Assembly (NCBI RefSeq): GCF_009914755.1
Contig: NC_060932.1
Reading direction: 5' to 3' (one strand)
Origin: the human T2T-CHM13v2.0 reference genome, Homo sapiens
DNA length: 64,000 nt
Shown here: in pieces, positions 38,931-55,997 of the stretch
How the letters are laid out: every line of letters starts with the position of its first letter
Numbering within the stretch: position 1 is the stretch's first letter
Program-made: the position numbers and the translations under genes
Notes under the pieces: model-generated
What the model was told of the DNA's origin: nothing
The model's input: the letters and a program-made list of their open reading frames with translations, nothing else
Database searches by the model: none

Positions 38931-39305
38931 GTTAAGTTAAGCACCAAATTCCCCTTGGAAGGCTCTACTGAAAAGTGGGTTATGAGACATTATAATAAAA
39001 ATACACATCGGATTTGGAAGATATTCAACAGTATACTTAGAAGCGTGACATTCATGCCAAGATAATGTTATCAAATGTTGGGCATCTCTTAAGATGTATG
39101 AGACATGATTCTGCGCTTCTGAATTCATCATCTTAGCTGATCTTCACAACAAGCCTGTAAGGAGTTATTACCTTCATTTTATAAAAGGAAACATTAAACC
39201 CTGAAGGTATGCAACGATTTCCCCCAAAATTGATGAGTGTCTGAATCAAAAAACAAAACAACAAAAATCTTTCTTATTCCAGAGGACTAACTCTTCACTA
39301 TATTT

Positions 39306-42543
<3,238 letters not shown>

Positions 42544-42974
42544 TGAGGATCTGTACAACGTTCTGAGCAGCACCATGGGACATAACAAAACTCGTAATTT
42601 GGGGACATTAATCTAACAGCAGCATGTCACATGATTTGAAAGCCACAAGACTAGAAGCAATGACACCGTTCATCATGGTAGAGGAATTAAAAAACAAAGG
42701 CTGATACTTGATGATGGGAATGAGAATGTAAAGAAAACTAAAATAAAAGAGATAATGAAAAAATATGCTGTGATGGAATTTAGGTTAGTGAATAAGAAAG
42801 AGGAGGAGGAGAAAGAAGGAAAAGGTGGTGCAGAAGGAAGAAAAGGTGCAGAAGAAATAGGGGATAGAGGAGAAGAGAATGTGAGAAAGAGGGGCAGAAA
42901 CATTTTTTTGGTGAAAATCCCATTTGGCAAAATGTAAACTAACAACTAAGCCACTTGGATGATTTTATTTACTT

Positions 42975-43110
42975 TTTATGATAACTCTATGCATTAGATA
43001 CTATTACTATCTCTAATCTATCGAATGGGAACTGAAGACTTGGAAAGCCTCCCTTGCCCGTGGAGACAGAGTCTGTAGAATAGGAGGCTGAGATCTGTAC
43101 CCACAGAATT
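42975..43110 (-). mobile_element. MIR fragment
   Basis: ataactctatgcattagatactattactatctctaat…gggaactgaagacttgga…cttgccc. Confidence 0.55.
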
Positions 43111-43329
43111 GAATTCAGCAAAACTCATGTTCATTTGGCCCTCCCTGTCTGTAACTGTGAGATCAGCAGGGATGGTTAACCCTCTTTTGAGGATAAGGAT
43201 CAGAGAAGTATTTTATTTAAGGGCATAGAGTAAAGTTTTCTGCTGTAAAAAATCTTCCTCTATTTTGGGGTACAGAGAGGCAGCATACATATTGATTATG
43301 CAAGCAGTAAATCTGGTAATTATCTTTGA

Positions 43330-44153
43330 AACGTCTTTCTCTTTACCTTCCATTTTTAATCGATCACCAAACGTCAGTGATTTTATCTCTTAAATTGTTC
43401 TATAATCCATCCAATTCTCTCCACTTTCACTGCTACCTTGCTATTGCAAACATTAACATCTTGTATCTGGGCTACTGCAGTTGCCTTCTAAATGGTGCCT
43501 CCTACATCTGTTATTTTCCTGCTACAGTTTGTTTTGTATACTATAGCCAGGATGATGTTTTTAAAATCCAAACCTAGTCTTCACATTCTGCCCCCTAAAA
43601 TAAAAGTAAAATAGTAATGTAAAAAAACTATCGCTTTCTATTGCCCTTTAAAAAAACCAAAGTCCTTCAGTGACCAAAAGATATTTCATAGGCAGCAGTG
43701 CCAACCTCTGTATCTTCCCTCATTTTTCCATGTAGCGCTCACACTGGTGTTGCTTCATGTGCTTGGATAAGCTGGGACTTTGTTCATGCTGTTCCCTTTC
43801 CTAAAACATTCTCTAGTCCTCATCCCTACCCTTCCCCCTTTATTTGTTTAATAAACGTTTGTCCTTCAGACCTCAGGTGAAATGTGACTTCCTCAGGAGT
43901 CTTCCTTGATCCTGCAAACAGAGAAAATTCCTCTTCTATAGATTCTTATGGCTCTGTGCTTTTCCTGTGGAATCCTTATCCCTTTCATACATATATATTA
44001 ATAAGTGTGCTTTTTGTTCAGTATCTGTACCTCTTGTTAGTCTAAAAGCACCATGAGGAAGATATCACGATTTTTTTGCTCTTTTATGCTGAGAATTTAC
44101 ATCCAACATAGAACAGGTATTCAGTAAATATTTGTTGAATGAACCATGAATGA
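43330..44153 (+). mobile_element. L2 (L2a-like) 3' region
   Basis: tctgggctactgcagttgccttctaaatgg…gatgtttttaaaat…ctttgttcatgctgttccc…gtattcagtaaatatttgttgaatgaa. Confidence 0.8.
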
Positions 44154-44174
44154 TTAATAGCCTCATCTGTGCTT

Positions 44175-44345
44175 AAATTCTAGCTTCTCCATTTACTAAA
44201 TGCATGGACTTGGGTAATTTTCGTAAGCTCCACAAGCTTCTCTTTTTCCATTGGATGAAGAAGGATAGTCACAATCTAATAAGTAAGATTATTCATCTAA
44301 AGTTTTTGACATATAGAAAGTACTGAAATAATTAGCTATTATTCA
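44175..44345 (+). mobile_element. MIR fragment
   Basis: aattctagcttctccatttactaaatgcatggacttgggtaatt…aattagctattatt. Confidence 0.6.
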
Positions 44346-44520
44346 ACTACAAAAACTTCAGGGTCACAAAGAACAAAACTAATGTTTTTTGAGGGAGAAA
44401 TGTCATTTCAGTACAAATTTAAGAAATATAAAATACATTTTAATGTTCAGGTAGTACCTGAAAAGGATAAAACATGTAATTTATCTGAGAAGTCTAATTT
44501 TATTATCATAATTATTAAAT

Positions 44521-44850
<330 letters not shown>

Positions 44851-45464
44851 TAAGTAATTATTTTTGAAAATTAGTATGCATTTTACCTTGGTCCTCTTGT
44901 GGCCCAGAGTCAGATATTAGTTGTTTGGGAAAGTCATAGTGACCGATAAAAGTGGAAAATGTGGCCCAGCATACTATTAAATTCCCTTTTTCCTGTGCTG
45001 ATGCTTACTGCTGTCAGGTAAATGGAGATTATGAAGAGGGCACAAACGAATCACTAGCTTCTGGCTCAGGAAGCAGATATAGAGCAATAGGCCCTTCGTT
45101 ATACTCAGCTTTAGTTCTGTCACCTGTCATCAGCATCTGTCATTTGTTTCAGACCACTAGGATATACTTTCTCATCCACCTGTACCATCTCCAAAATTTC
45201 CTTATGCTACCAAGTTAAAAAATAAAACTAGATGAACTGTAAGGTTCCTTTCCATTCTGACAGTCTATTATTTTATCCCTCATCCATCTACCTCATCAAG
45301 GAGAGTTGGTCACCACAATGCTTTGAGGACATACAATGGAAAAGTAAATAATATTATTAATAGTATTGATACTAGGAGCACAAAGTTAAAGTCCTAAATA
45401 TGGAGAATGAGGGAAAATAATAACATGTCATTTATAAGAAAAGAGTTAAAATTTAGCCTGAGCT

Positions 45465-45670
45465 TTAAAGTGCTGGTCTTGAAATCTAGTGAACCAGAAA
45501 ATTTGAATCCCTCCCTGTTCCTGCCAGTCTGTTTTCTCATCTGTATGTTAGTAATAATAACAGGATTTACATTATATGGTTGTTTTGGTAAATGGGAAAG
45601 TATCTGTCAAATCTTTTGCACTGTGACTGGGACACAGTGATCACTGGTGAATGGTGGTTAGCATTGCTAC
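45465..45670 (+). mobile_element. MIR fragment
   Basis: tttgaatccc…tctgttttctcatctgtatg…ataataacagg…tgactgggacacagtga. Confidence 0.65.
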
Positions 45671-46856
45671 TGCATGAAATACCTGACCCATCACTATCAG
45701 CCAAGTCCAGAGATGCTACTGATTTGCATGTGCAGAAAATGCTACCAATTTCTGAATTGTATGTTCAAAGAAGACTAACAAGAAAATAGTAAAAAGGCAG
45801 AAAGAATACTTCCTATTGCTACAAAAGGAATGTTAGTTCTGTATACAAAGTATTATTTTGTTGCAAATATACACAACCTTTTCACGTGGGGCTATGGCTG
45901 CTAATAAGGCTTTTACTCTTTGTGTAAAAAATGCGTGATTTATGCAGACAGACTGTAATATGAAAACCCTGCATAGTCTATTTGAATCAGCAAGTGGGCA
46001 GCCACATTTATCTCTGTTTACTGCTGAATAGCTTTCATTGTTAATTCCATTTTCTATTCCTGTTGTGCATATCACCCCTTAATTTAAATCTTTGACAAGC
46101 TAATTTAATAAAGGGGATGGTTTTTAGAGTGGAAAAAATAAATATCTTTACTCATCTTTTTAAAAATTATAATTAGCTTAAACAAAGACCTTAGGTATAG
46201 TTCCTGTGTTTATTAGCCATAAGAGAATATTTATGCTAAAAGATTAGTTTTTCTTAAATTTTTAAGGTACAACTTTATAAAATAATTCCTTCACTATTTC
46301 TTCATTGTTAACATTTCATTCATATAAAGGAGTTGTATTTTGGGTCTTGGAATGAAAATATCCAGCTTCCAGAGCAAAAAATTTTCAGTCAATCAGTATA
46401 GAGAAACAGAATTTTAGAAGCAATAAAGTCCTAGAATGCTAAAATGCATTGTACTACCTGGTGATATTCTGTTCTTGACAGTCACTAAAGACATGTTGAC
46501 TATTCTTATGAGATAGTTCTGTTCTGAGTCCCTGCATCTTGGTTGTTCTAACTGAAAATGGCATTATCTATGAAATAGGAAAAAAAATCTATGAGGTATA
46601 CATTAGCATGAATTCTGACGCTACAGATAAATGTAAAAAACATGGATAGTGTGGAAAAATATTACAGTAAAGGAGTTATGATAAGGTGCACCAAAGTACC
46701 TAGGAATAAAAATGGAAAGAACCAACAATTAAATAAATTAGTTTCAAATTTAAAACATGGGTTTGCAGAAGACTAATATGAATAATACTGCTATAAATCA
46801 TGATTTAAAACATGAATATATATATATGTCACTGAATAAAATGAAATATATAGATA

Positions 46857-46860
<4 letters not shown>

Positions 46861-46894
<34 letters not shown>
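46861..46894. repeat. (TG)17 microsatellite
   Basis: Directly visible. Confidence 0.97.
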
Positions 46895-46897
<3 letters not shown>

Positions 46898-47666
46898 TCC
46901 ATTTACCTGAAAGTTCAGTCACATTTTATTGGCCACAAATGGTCAGAAGCACAGTTTCATTTGCCATATTGATGGACTGTTCGTTACCAACTTAGACACT
47001 TCTCAGTACCAAGCCGAATACCCCAAGGAGTAGCCTGGGTATCAGCAGACTAGATAATGAATTCTTGACACTTATTCCTCCAGTACTGTTCCAAGTTCTT
47101 CATGCTGTATCCACAGGACCTAAAACAGTGTCTGCCACACTGGGCTCATGAAATAAAAATTAATAAAGGATAAAAGGAAAAACTCCTATCCAACTAACAA
47201 TTTAGTATCTTAGGTTAAAAAACAAAGCAACTTAAAGGCAATTTTTAAAAATTTTTCTCATATTAACATTCTACAAATTCTATTATGCATGGCTTCAGAA
47301 ACCACAGAGAGCCAAATTTAGCTGTGTCAGTCACCTCCACCCCAGCAGCAGAGTTTCCCATGTGCTAACTGCCAACTGAGCCTCAACTGAAGTTCATGTA
47401 TTGAGTCTCAATTACTGAGTCCTAACCTAGTTTTAGACAAATGTTCCATTTCCTTTCTTAGGCTGGTCTGCTAGCCTGAAACTCAGCCCACTTAACTGGA
47501 ACACTGACAATCTATCTACCCTTTTTACTAGTACCCTTATACAATGAGGTTCTCTCCAGCCAATTATTGAGCATGTGGTTGAACTTGAATCAACCTTCTT
47601 GCAAGGACGATTTTACTATCAACTATGGGTAAAAAACATGCCCCATTCCTTAAGATCATCCAAACC

Positions 47667-47668
<2 letters not shown>

Positions 47669-47710
<42 letters not shown>
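47669..47710. repeat. (GA)21 microsatellite
   Basis: Directly visible. Confidence 0.97.
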
Positions 47711-47714
<4 letters not shown>

Positions 47715-48055
47715 GAACACACAGGTCCAGAGATGTCATTCAGGATGTCATCTCAGACACAGAAATTTTTATTTCTGACCATGCTCCTTGGAGACCAGCC
47801 TCACAGTTGTCTCAAAATACTGCAAAGTCAAACACATGTGATTATGACACATTAGGTTCTAAGATATTCTCCCAGAACTGCAACACTCCAACACAGTCTC
47901 TAGTCATACTTTTCTAGCAATGTGAGAAACACAGGAGGCAGATGTGAGACCAGTTAATTTTAAATTCATAACGAACAAAGAATTAGAATAATAAGAAAAA
48001 TATTATATCTAAGTTTCTTCCCAGTGCAGTAAATATATTCATATACTGAAAGAAT

Positions 48056-48957
48056 TAATGCTGTTTTCAAAGATGCCGGAATTCCACATCAGCACAAAAA
48101 GTATGGATTAAGCTTCTCTGTAACCAGCCTTGGGCTAGGAATTTGATACAATAATCCAACAATTCTATCTATTACGTTAAGAAGATAAGGAAAAAAATCA
48201 TCTTCTCTTTCTAGTAAGTATAATTTGGGGGATGACTGGAAACAAGTAAAGGACAACATAAGACAGAATATAATCCAGTGGAAACTTTAGTGGTACCTGT
48301 GTGTTATAGGAACTTAGAGGTTGAAAAAGTTTCATGAGAGAGGTGCAATATAAGCTACACATGCAAAATATGTAAAAATAGCTCAGGCACCTGAAACATC
48401 AGATTTGTGAAAGATGTCATCATATTTCATACTGTCTATCATGTGTGAGTATAATAGGTAATAGGTAAACAGTTCGATGTCCATTGAACTATAATTACTC
48501 CATTTGAAATGCTTAGAGGTCTATTATCAGGTGATTCACAATTACATTTGATTGATTATTCTGAATTTAATGTTTTCTAAAACAATATTCAACCACTTCT
48601 TATTGTATTCCAGTGTCCAGAGTTTCTTTCTATGCCTACCTAGAGGTCTTTACCTGAAGTTTAGAACAATCATTGTTCTTATTGTTATCTACTTCATGAT
48701 AGATATTATGTTACCCCTTCACCTATTCCTAGTATGAAAACACCTTTAAAAGAAATATTTCATTGTGTTTTCTTTTCCTAAATCCTACTTGCTATTCAAC
48801 ACATTTTGAAGGATGAAACTGTAATATTACTACTAAAATAATGCTGTTTTCAAAGATGCCTGAATTCCACATCAGCACAAAAACTATGTATTAAGCATTT
48901 CTGTAACCAGCCCTGGGTTAGGAATTTGATACAGTAGTCAAACAACTCTATCTATTA
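48056..48957. repeat. Pair of 119-bp direct repeats (48056-48174 and 48839-48957)
   Basis: Ungapped manual alignment gives 11 mismatches in 119 bp. Not recognised as a known transposable element. Confidence 0.92.
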
Positions 48958-49493
48958 AGAGCTCAAAGAAGTAATAGTGAGAAAGCCAAGACAGAAATTT
49001 TCTGTCTGATTCCACATTCTGTGGTCTAAATCACCACACTTTTATGCAGAAATATTTTTAAAACTCAATCACTGAAAAGCTATTAGCTGTTATTATTAGC
49101 AGTTACACTTAAATTTTGTTGCAGTAAAACTAAAGGTAAATAAATCCTTAATTTCATTGTAACTCATAAGGTATGTTACCAAATATAAATATTATATTGA
49201 CCTTTATGCAACATTGCTTGATATTACCCTATGTACTACTAATAGTCAAACTTTTAATGGAGATATTTTAGATTACCTCTTTTCTTTCTTTCCTGACCTA
49301 ATAATCTATATCTTGCAGGTTATTTTACACATTTATATAATATACACAGACTAGTGCTATTGGGGGAACTATATATTAAGTAAAGGACATTCCCATATGA
49401 AATGTGTATAATTTCAAGATAATTAGCCTAACTTTAAATCTAGTTTATCAAAATCAATCATGTTTTCATTTAAAAATATATTGATTGTATGTC

Positions 49494-49856
49494 TGTCACA
49501 GACTAAATGTTTGTGTCCCCAAATTTTATATGGCGAAACCTCATCAGCAATGTGGTGGTGTCTGGAGGAGGGGTATTGGGGAGGTGATTAGTGTATAAGG
49601 ACAGATCCCTTATGATGGGATTTATGCTTTTAAAAAAAGAGGCTCCACAGAGATTCCTTCCTCCTTCTGCCAAATGAGCACACAGTGAAAACATGGCCCT
49701 CTATGAGCCAGGAAGCATGCTCTTACCAGACACAGAATCATCTGCTGGCACCTTAATCTTGGACTTGCCTCCAGAACTGTAAGAAATAAATTTCTGTTGT
49801 TTATGAGCCACCCAGTCCATGGTGTTTTTCTATAGAAGCCCAAACAGACCAAGACC
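49494..49856 (+). mobile_element. MLT1A (MLT1A0-like) solo LTR inserted in an antisense L2 remnant
   Basis: gactaaatgtttgtgtcccc…gctggcaccttaatcttggactt…aaataaatttctgttgtt…gaccaagac. Perfect TSD atgtc at 49489-49493 and 49857-49861. Confidence 0.92.
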
Positions 49857-52372
49857 ATGTCAGACATTGTACTAGGTGTTGGTGTGTGATCGAATTAGGT
49901 GTGATTTCTTCCCTTCAGGAACTTACAACCAAATAAAAGATTCAGATAAGTAAGTCAATGATTGTCTAAGTTCTGTGATTAAATGAAGCACACAGGGCTA
50001 TGGGAGCCAAAGGACCCCCATCTAAATCACATAGTATAGTATAATTAGGAAAGGCTGGAGGAGGAGTGACTGGTCCAGTTGAGTTTTAAAGAGTAGGAAT
50101 TGGAAGGAAAGAAAGATGAAGGACATTCCTAGTGGGAAAGCAGCAATAGTAAGAAGTACAAAAAAAGTCCTCAAGAGACATAGTTAAGACCATGCTATGA
50201 TCTTCACCATAATCTTAACCTCAGTCAAGACCATAGAACCACGCTATGATCAAAGATTTAAAATGCTATCCTGAAATCCATGAGTCATTGCAGGAATGCT
50301 AGTGGAGAATGGGTATAGATCTTACAGACACACTTCAAACTTAGATTTGCATCACTGGCAGAAATACTCTTTCAGATATTTTTCTTACCCTTTCTTATTT
50401 TTTACTTTTACCTTCTTTCTATATGGGAAAATAAGTTGGAAAAGCATAATTGATATTGCCTCTGCAGCTACATCTTCAGCATAGCATCGTTATATATTAC
50501 TATCAACATGAGCATCATAGATAACAATACAATGTTATTTTATACTAATTGGGCATACTTTAGCACATTGTAAACCATAACTCTAGATATCTTGACATTA
50601 GTATGTATAAGGTCTTGGAAATAGCTGTAATACTGTGATAAATGCAGTGAACATCAATGGGGAAGTACTAACCGTAACTGCCCGAACCTATTGAGTGTTT
50701 AATTAATGAATGTTTGCAATTTTTGAGAGACTTAATATCAATTATTTTATCAACCAATGGGACTTAATTCAAAAATTAAATATGTATTCCTAAACCAATC
50801 ATTCCATGTGAAACTGATTAAGATGTGGAAGGCCCATGAAATATGAACCATTTAACATGTGAATACACGTCATGAAGATGACATTGGAAATTCCAACAAA
50901 AATCTAAAATAAGATAATGGAAATTCAAAATTAATTAATGTGTCCATGATTAAGATATAATTTTAACTCAGACAATTTACATTCATATGTTATATCTTCC
51001 TTAGTTCCTATTAAGAATTAAACTCATTTAGATTATTGTATTTGGCTGAAAAGATTCTGGTAATGCCATGGTGTTCTTTTGTAAGTTCATAAACAATTAT
51101 CAAATGCTTTTGTTGGTTCATAAACAATTATCAAATACTTCACATCGTATAATCACTGGAAAGAGAAAAAAGCTATCACAGATCTTAGCCAATTAAAGAG
51201 CTTATAGTTTAGTATCAAAAAAAACTAGGAAAAATTAATGTCAAATAGAAACATGTAAAATAAGATAATATAAATAAATGACTAAGTGTCAAGGAAATAA
51301 AGAATATAGGAAAGATATGAATTAGAATTGTTCAAGGATAAATGGTTCCACCTACACCTTGAAGAAAATAGTACCAATTGTTGAGCAGGAAAGAGTGAAA
51401 ATATTTTAGGTGAAATACTTATGTATATATGTATTTCATATATATATATCCACACATACACAATATATGTATGTATTTCATATATATATTCACACACAAA
51501 CATGACAGAAAAGTCATGAAGACAATAATTATCAATGTAGTTAGATGTAGTTAGGGGATTGAATTTAAGTGGTTCACTTGAAAGAAACAGATGAATCATT
51601 AATAATAATGAAAGATGAATTTTGAGAAATGAATCTGAGACTCTGAGTATGATTTAATGAAAATCTTTAAAGTTAAACTTTTATACAAACTTTGATGTTA
51701 AAACTAACTAGAACACCTTAAAAAGAGTGAAATAATATACATAAGAATTGGAGTCACTATATATAAGAAGAAAGCAGTAAATCCAAACATTAGCCCAGGT
51801 TTGCTTTGTGGGGTTTGCTTGAGGGTGGTGGCTTTAGCAATAACAAAGAATTATATCATTAGAGAGTGGTTCCAAGGTAAAGCAGGAAGAAAAAATAGAA
51901 TAGAAGAATAAAGCCTAAGAATAAAAGTCTGATGAGATAAAGAAATGTGAGGAAGGAAGACATGCTAATACTTATGAACGAGCAGATGGAAAAGTGTCTT
52001 TAAGGAAGGAAGGCAACTAGCTTAGTTTTCTGCGTTATACTTCGGGTGTGCATAACGTCCAAGAGCTCAAAAACAGTGTGAAAGACTAAAATATCTAGAT
52101 TCATCCACTGGGAGATGATTTCAAAACTTGGAGCAAGTCAGTTACTCTCTGCAGGATCAAATGCTGAGAAATGAGGAAAAAAGATTAAGTATTGAAGGTT
52201 ATTGTTAAAGGTCAGGAGAAGAAAAGAGAAACAAAGAGGGCGGAATAAAAGCAACCAGTGATAGAGAAGAGATTATACAATAAAGCATAATTTATTCTAA
52301 AAAGAAAGTAATTTATTTTTCCCTTTTTCCTAATCTTTAGAAGCTGTGAAAAGTCAGTCATTTAAAGGTAAC

Positions 52373-52518
52373 TTTTTATTGTGGTAAGAATACTTAACAT
52401 GGATCTACCTTCTGAAAGTTTTAAGTGTGCAATACAGTATTGTTAGCTACACACACAAAGTTGTTCAGCAGATTACTAGAACTTAATTATTTTGCATAAC
52501 TGAAACTTGATACCTATT
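52373..52518 (-). mobile_element. L1MA9/L1MB1-like 3' end fragment
   Basis: ttttattgtggtaagaatacttaacatggatctacc…aagtgtgcaatacagtattgttagcta…ctagaactta…gcataactgaaactt. Confidence 0.8.
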
Positions 52519-53201
52519 TATGTCTATAACACATTTATATACTCCTGAATTTGCGTTATAACTCCAGAGGTTAAAAATGAACCACAGTTGAATTGTGTAG
52601 TGTGGATAAAATCGATGGCTCTGCATAAGTGGTTGAGAAATTTCTGTTATTCTGGCACAAACTTTTGGTAATTGTAAGCTATCAAAGTCTTTGCCAGACT
52701 GTTCAGTGATGAAAAGTCCCTGGGAATAGGTAATAAGAGGGTTGTGTTCTTAATGTAACTAAAGTACCAGGTGACATCTATTTGAGTTACTATTATAATT
52801 ACGCACTTTTGTATATTAGGTACTCTGAGACCTGAAGAGTCTTGCAAGAAAAAAACAAAGGCAAGAAGGCAGGAAGGACAGGATGGAGGGTTTTTTAATA
52901 TTGGAGGGCCAGAAGAAAAGGAGTTATGGTTTATCAGGCCCCAGTCCCCAAAATGGAGTTGGGAGCAACGGTCATTTTAGAATGATTTGACTCCTCTCCT
53001 TTGTATGGCTTATCCTGGATGGGACTCAGTAAAGACATGGAAGAGAAAGAACATCGTGTCTCTTGGAGTAGATGAAAAGGAAGATGATGACCACAGTGTT
53101 GGCCTCTCTGAGGCACTGCTTGATGCAGCCTCCTCCAGGGTCACTGCTCATCACTCCATTCCTCAGTGCCTATTCCTCAGGAGTGATATCACACAGCTAG
53201 C

Positions 53202-53578
53202 TGTCTTAGTTTGCATGTGCTGCTGTAACAAATACCTCAGACTGGTTACTTTATAAATAATGCAAATATATTTCTCATGGCCCTGGAGGTTGGGAAGTCC
53301 ATGATCAAGGTGAAAACAAATTCAGTTCCAAAGGCTGCTCTCCGCTTCCAAGATGGTGCCTTGAATGCTGTGGACTCACATGGCAGAAGAGAAACTAAAG
53401 GGTAAAAGTGATTAGCTGGTTCTCTCCAGCCCTTTTACAAAGTCATTAATCCCGTTTGTAATGACTGAGCACTTATGACTTAATCACCTTCTAAAGACCT
53501 GCCACCTCTTAATACTATCACATTGGGTCTTAGGCTCATCATATGAATTCTGGGGAACACATACATCCAAACCATGGA
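53202..53578 (-). mobile_element. MST (MSTC/D-like) MaLR LTR
   Basis: tgtcttagtttg…gctgtaacaaatacctcagactgg…ggaggttgggaagtcc…cttccaagatggtgccttg…catccaaaccat. Confidence 0.88.
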
Positions 53579-55601
53579 TATATTTATAATTTACAGAAGA
53601 AAATATCACTTTCAAAAGAAAAAGAATTTGCTCCAGAGTGTATAAACCTTTTATTGTCATAGAAGGAAATACTTACTTTAACAAAATTTAAGTTTTACAA
53701 TATTCCATACTGCATACTGTTTTCATTGTTAGTAGACTAAAAATTTGGGCCATTAACATTCAAGGTTTGGACATTAGACAGGTCTATTATTTCCAGGGCC
53801 ATTTTTTTTTTTATTTTGGTTCTCTTTCCTTTGAGCCTGGGTGGGGGATATGGGAGGAACTGAGAATGAGAGAAGAAAAAGAAGAGGTGAAAAGATACAA
53901 AAGAAAAGTTTGTGGTCATACAAATGATACATTTTTAAGGAGCTCAAATGTTCTTGATAACATTTTCTATTACAAGTTTAGGTAGGGAAACACTGGCAAG
54001 GCTCTAAACAAGCCTCAGACTACAGCCTTATGAATCTAAGTGGATAAAAATCCAGTCTTACCATCAAATATATTCATGGACATTTGGTTACCATTTTTAT
54101 ATGTAATAGCAAAATTTTCTGCCAACAAGAATCAGTGTTCAGATAAAATAGTGTTTTTAAAAATATGTGAGACCTTCAAAACTATGGTTAAATTTGTTTT
54201 TACCTATAAAAAAGCTATTAGCAAATATTAGACAATTGCAAGTGTTACAAATAAACACTACATGAAAATACTGTAAATATCTGTATAATCATGGAAGTTA
54301 GTTGGACCAAAAAAATTGTTTTAAAAAAAAATTAACCTGAAAAAGTTAACTATATGCCAAAAAGGAAGATGAATATATCCACATAATCGATTACCTCATT
54401 TTTCAAGTTTATTCCATTCTCTGCCTCAGTCCCATGTTCCATGGCTGTGACTCCAGAAGGAGTAAGCAAGAATCAGAGGAAACTGGGAGGGGTGGAGACC
54501 AACTCTCACAGGTCAATGATTTTAATGTTTACCAAGCATTAAAAGCAAAGAAACGGAGGTATAATGGAACATCCCCCAAGGGGAGAATAAAATTAGTCCT
54601 AAAATAGTACATTACATATTGGTTTTGGTGAAGTGTTGCAGAGAAACAGGCTGTCCTTCAAGCAGTCCGGTTATGTTACCCATCAGGCTGACTTGTGCAC
54701 ATACGGTTTAAATCAAGAAAGGATAGTTGTCCTAATTTCTTTGTGCTCATAAGGGGAACAATAGTTGAAAGCAGAAGTTACTACTACTTATTGAGATCCT
54801 TGAATGTGAGATCCTTGAATAACATTAAGCATGGTATCATTCAATTTATCCATCCCTTTTCTGCTGCCTGACAGAGTCATTTCTCTTCTGTTATTTCCTG
54901 GCAATTTTAGGAAAATATATTATGGTCACAATATCTACTAGTTTTAAAAATGTATTCAATTATTTTTGCAGCGCTTCTGATAGCTGTAACACTTTGCTAA
55001 CCTCAGACAAATTGACTACAGGATTAATGTAATCATTTCTACAGAAAGTATTTCACAGCTTTAAAATGACAGCATTCTAAAATACGATAGTGATTCCCTG
55101 ACACAGGATAAAGCTAACTGGAGAAGTTTTTCGTTCTGTGTCCTTTCCTCTGCTTCAGAGGTCACTTTGCATTTGAGTTCTCCTTAGGCTTTCATTTGAA
55201 ACTGCATGGGATCACAGTGATTATCAGGAAATGAAAGATCCAACCAATGATGAAATGTCATTTAGCATTCTTGCTGATTGTCTTCCCCTCACCACCAACA
55301 AAAAAAAAAAGTGTCTCTTATGGAGACGCTGTCAATTTATGCTCAACATTTGAAAACATATTGGCCTAAGAAAAGGGTTCTCACATTTCAGTCACAAATT
55401 TTATTCACAGCTAGGGAGTTACTGAATACAGCTACTTAGTCTGCAGAAGAAAAGGCTGAAAAGTAACTGAGTAGTTTTATGCTTTTTGAGACAACCAAGA
55501 CATCAGGTCACATCTTATCTTAACATGCTACAACAAAAAGGCACAAGACAATGTCTAGAAATTAATATGTACTTTTTAGTCAACATTAAAAGGAAATTAG
55601 A

Positions 55602-55997
55602 GAAATATTATGCAGCCTTAAAAAGGAAAGCAATCCTGACACATTGCTGCTAATGGATAAATTTTGAAGACATTACGCTAACTGAAATAAACCAGTCAAA
55701 GAAGGATACACATTTTATGATTTCACTTATATAAGGTACCTAGAATAGTTAAATTCATACAGACAGAAAGCAGAATGCTGGTAGGCAGGAGTTTAGAGAG
55801 AGGGAGGAATGAGGATTTATTGTTTAATGGTATGGAGTTTCAGTTTGGGAAAATGAAAAAAATTGGAGACGGATAGTAGCAATGATTGCACAGCAATGTG
55901 TATCCACTTAATACCTCTGAACTGTACACTTAAAATGGTTAAAGTAGCAACTTTTGTGTTATGTATTTGGCAACAATTTTTAAAAAATAAAAATAAG
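55602..55997 (+). mobile_element. L1MB (L1MB3-like) 3' end
   Basis: atattatgcagccttaaaaaggaa…aggtacctagaatagttaaattcat…gaactgtacacttaaaatggttaa with A-rich tail. Confidence 0.9.

Noticed and set aside
50182-50252. Short imperfect repeat agt(t/c)aagaccat…gctatgatc
   Set aside because: Too short and interrupted to interpret; likely a minor slippage product.
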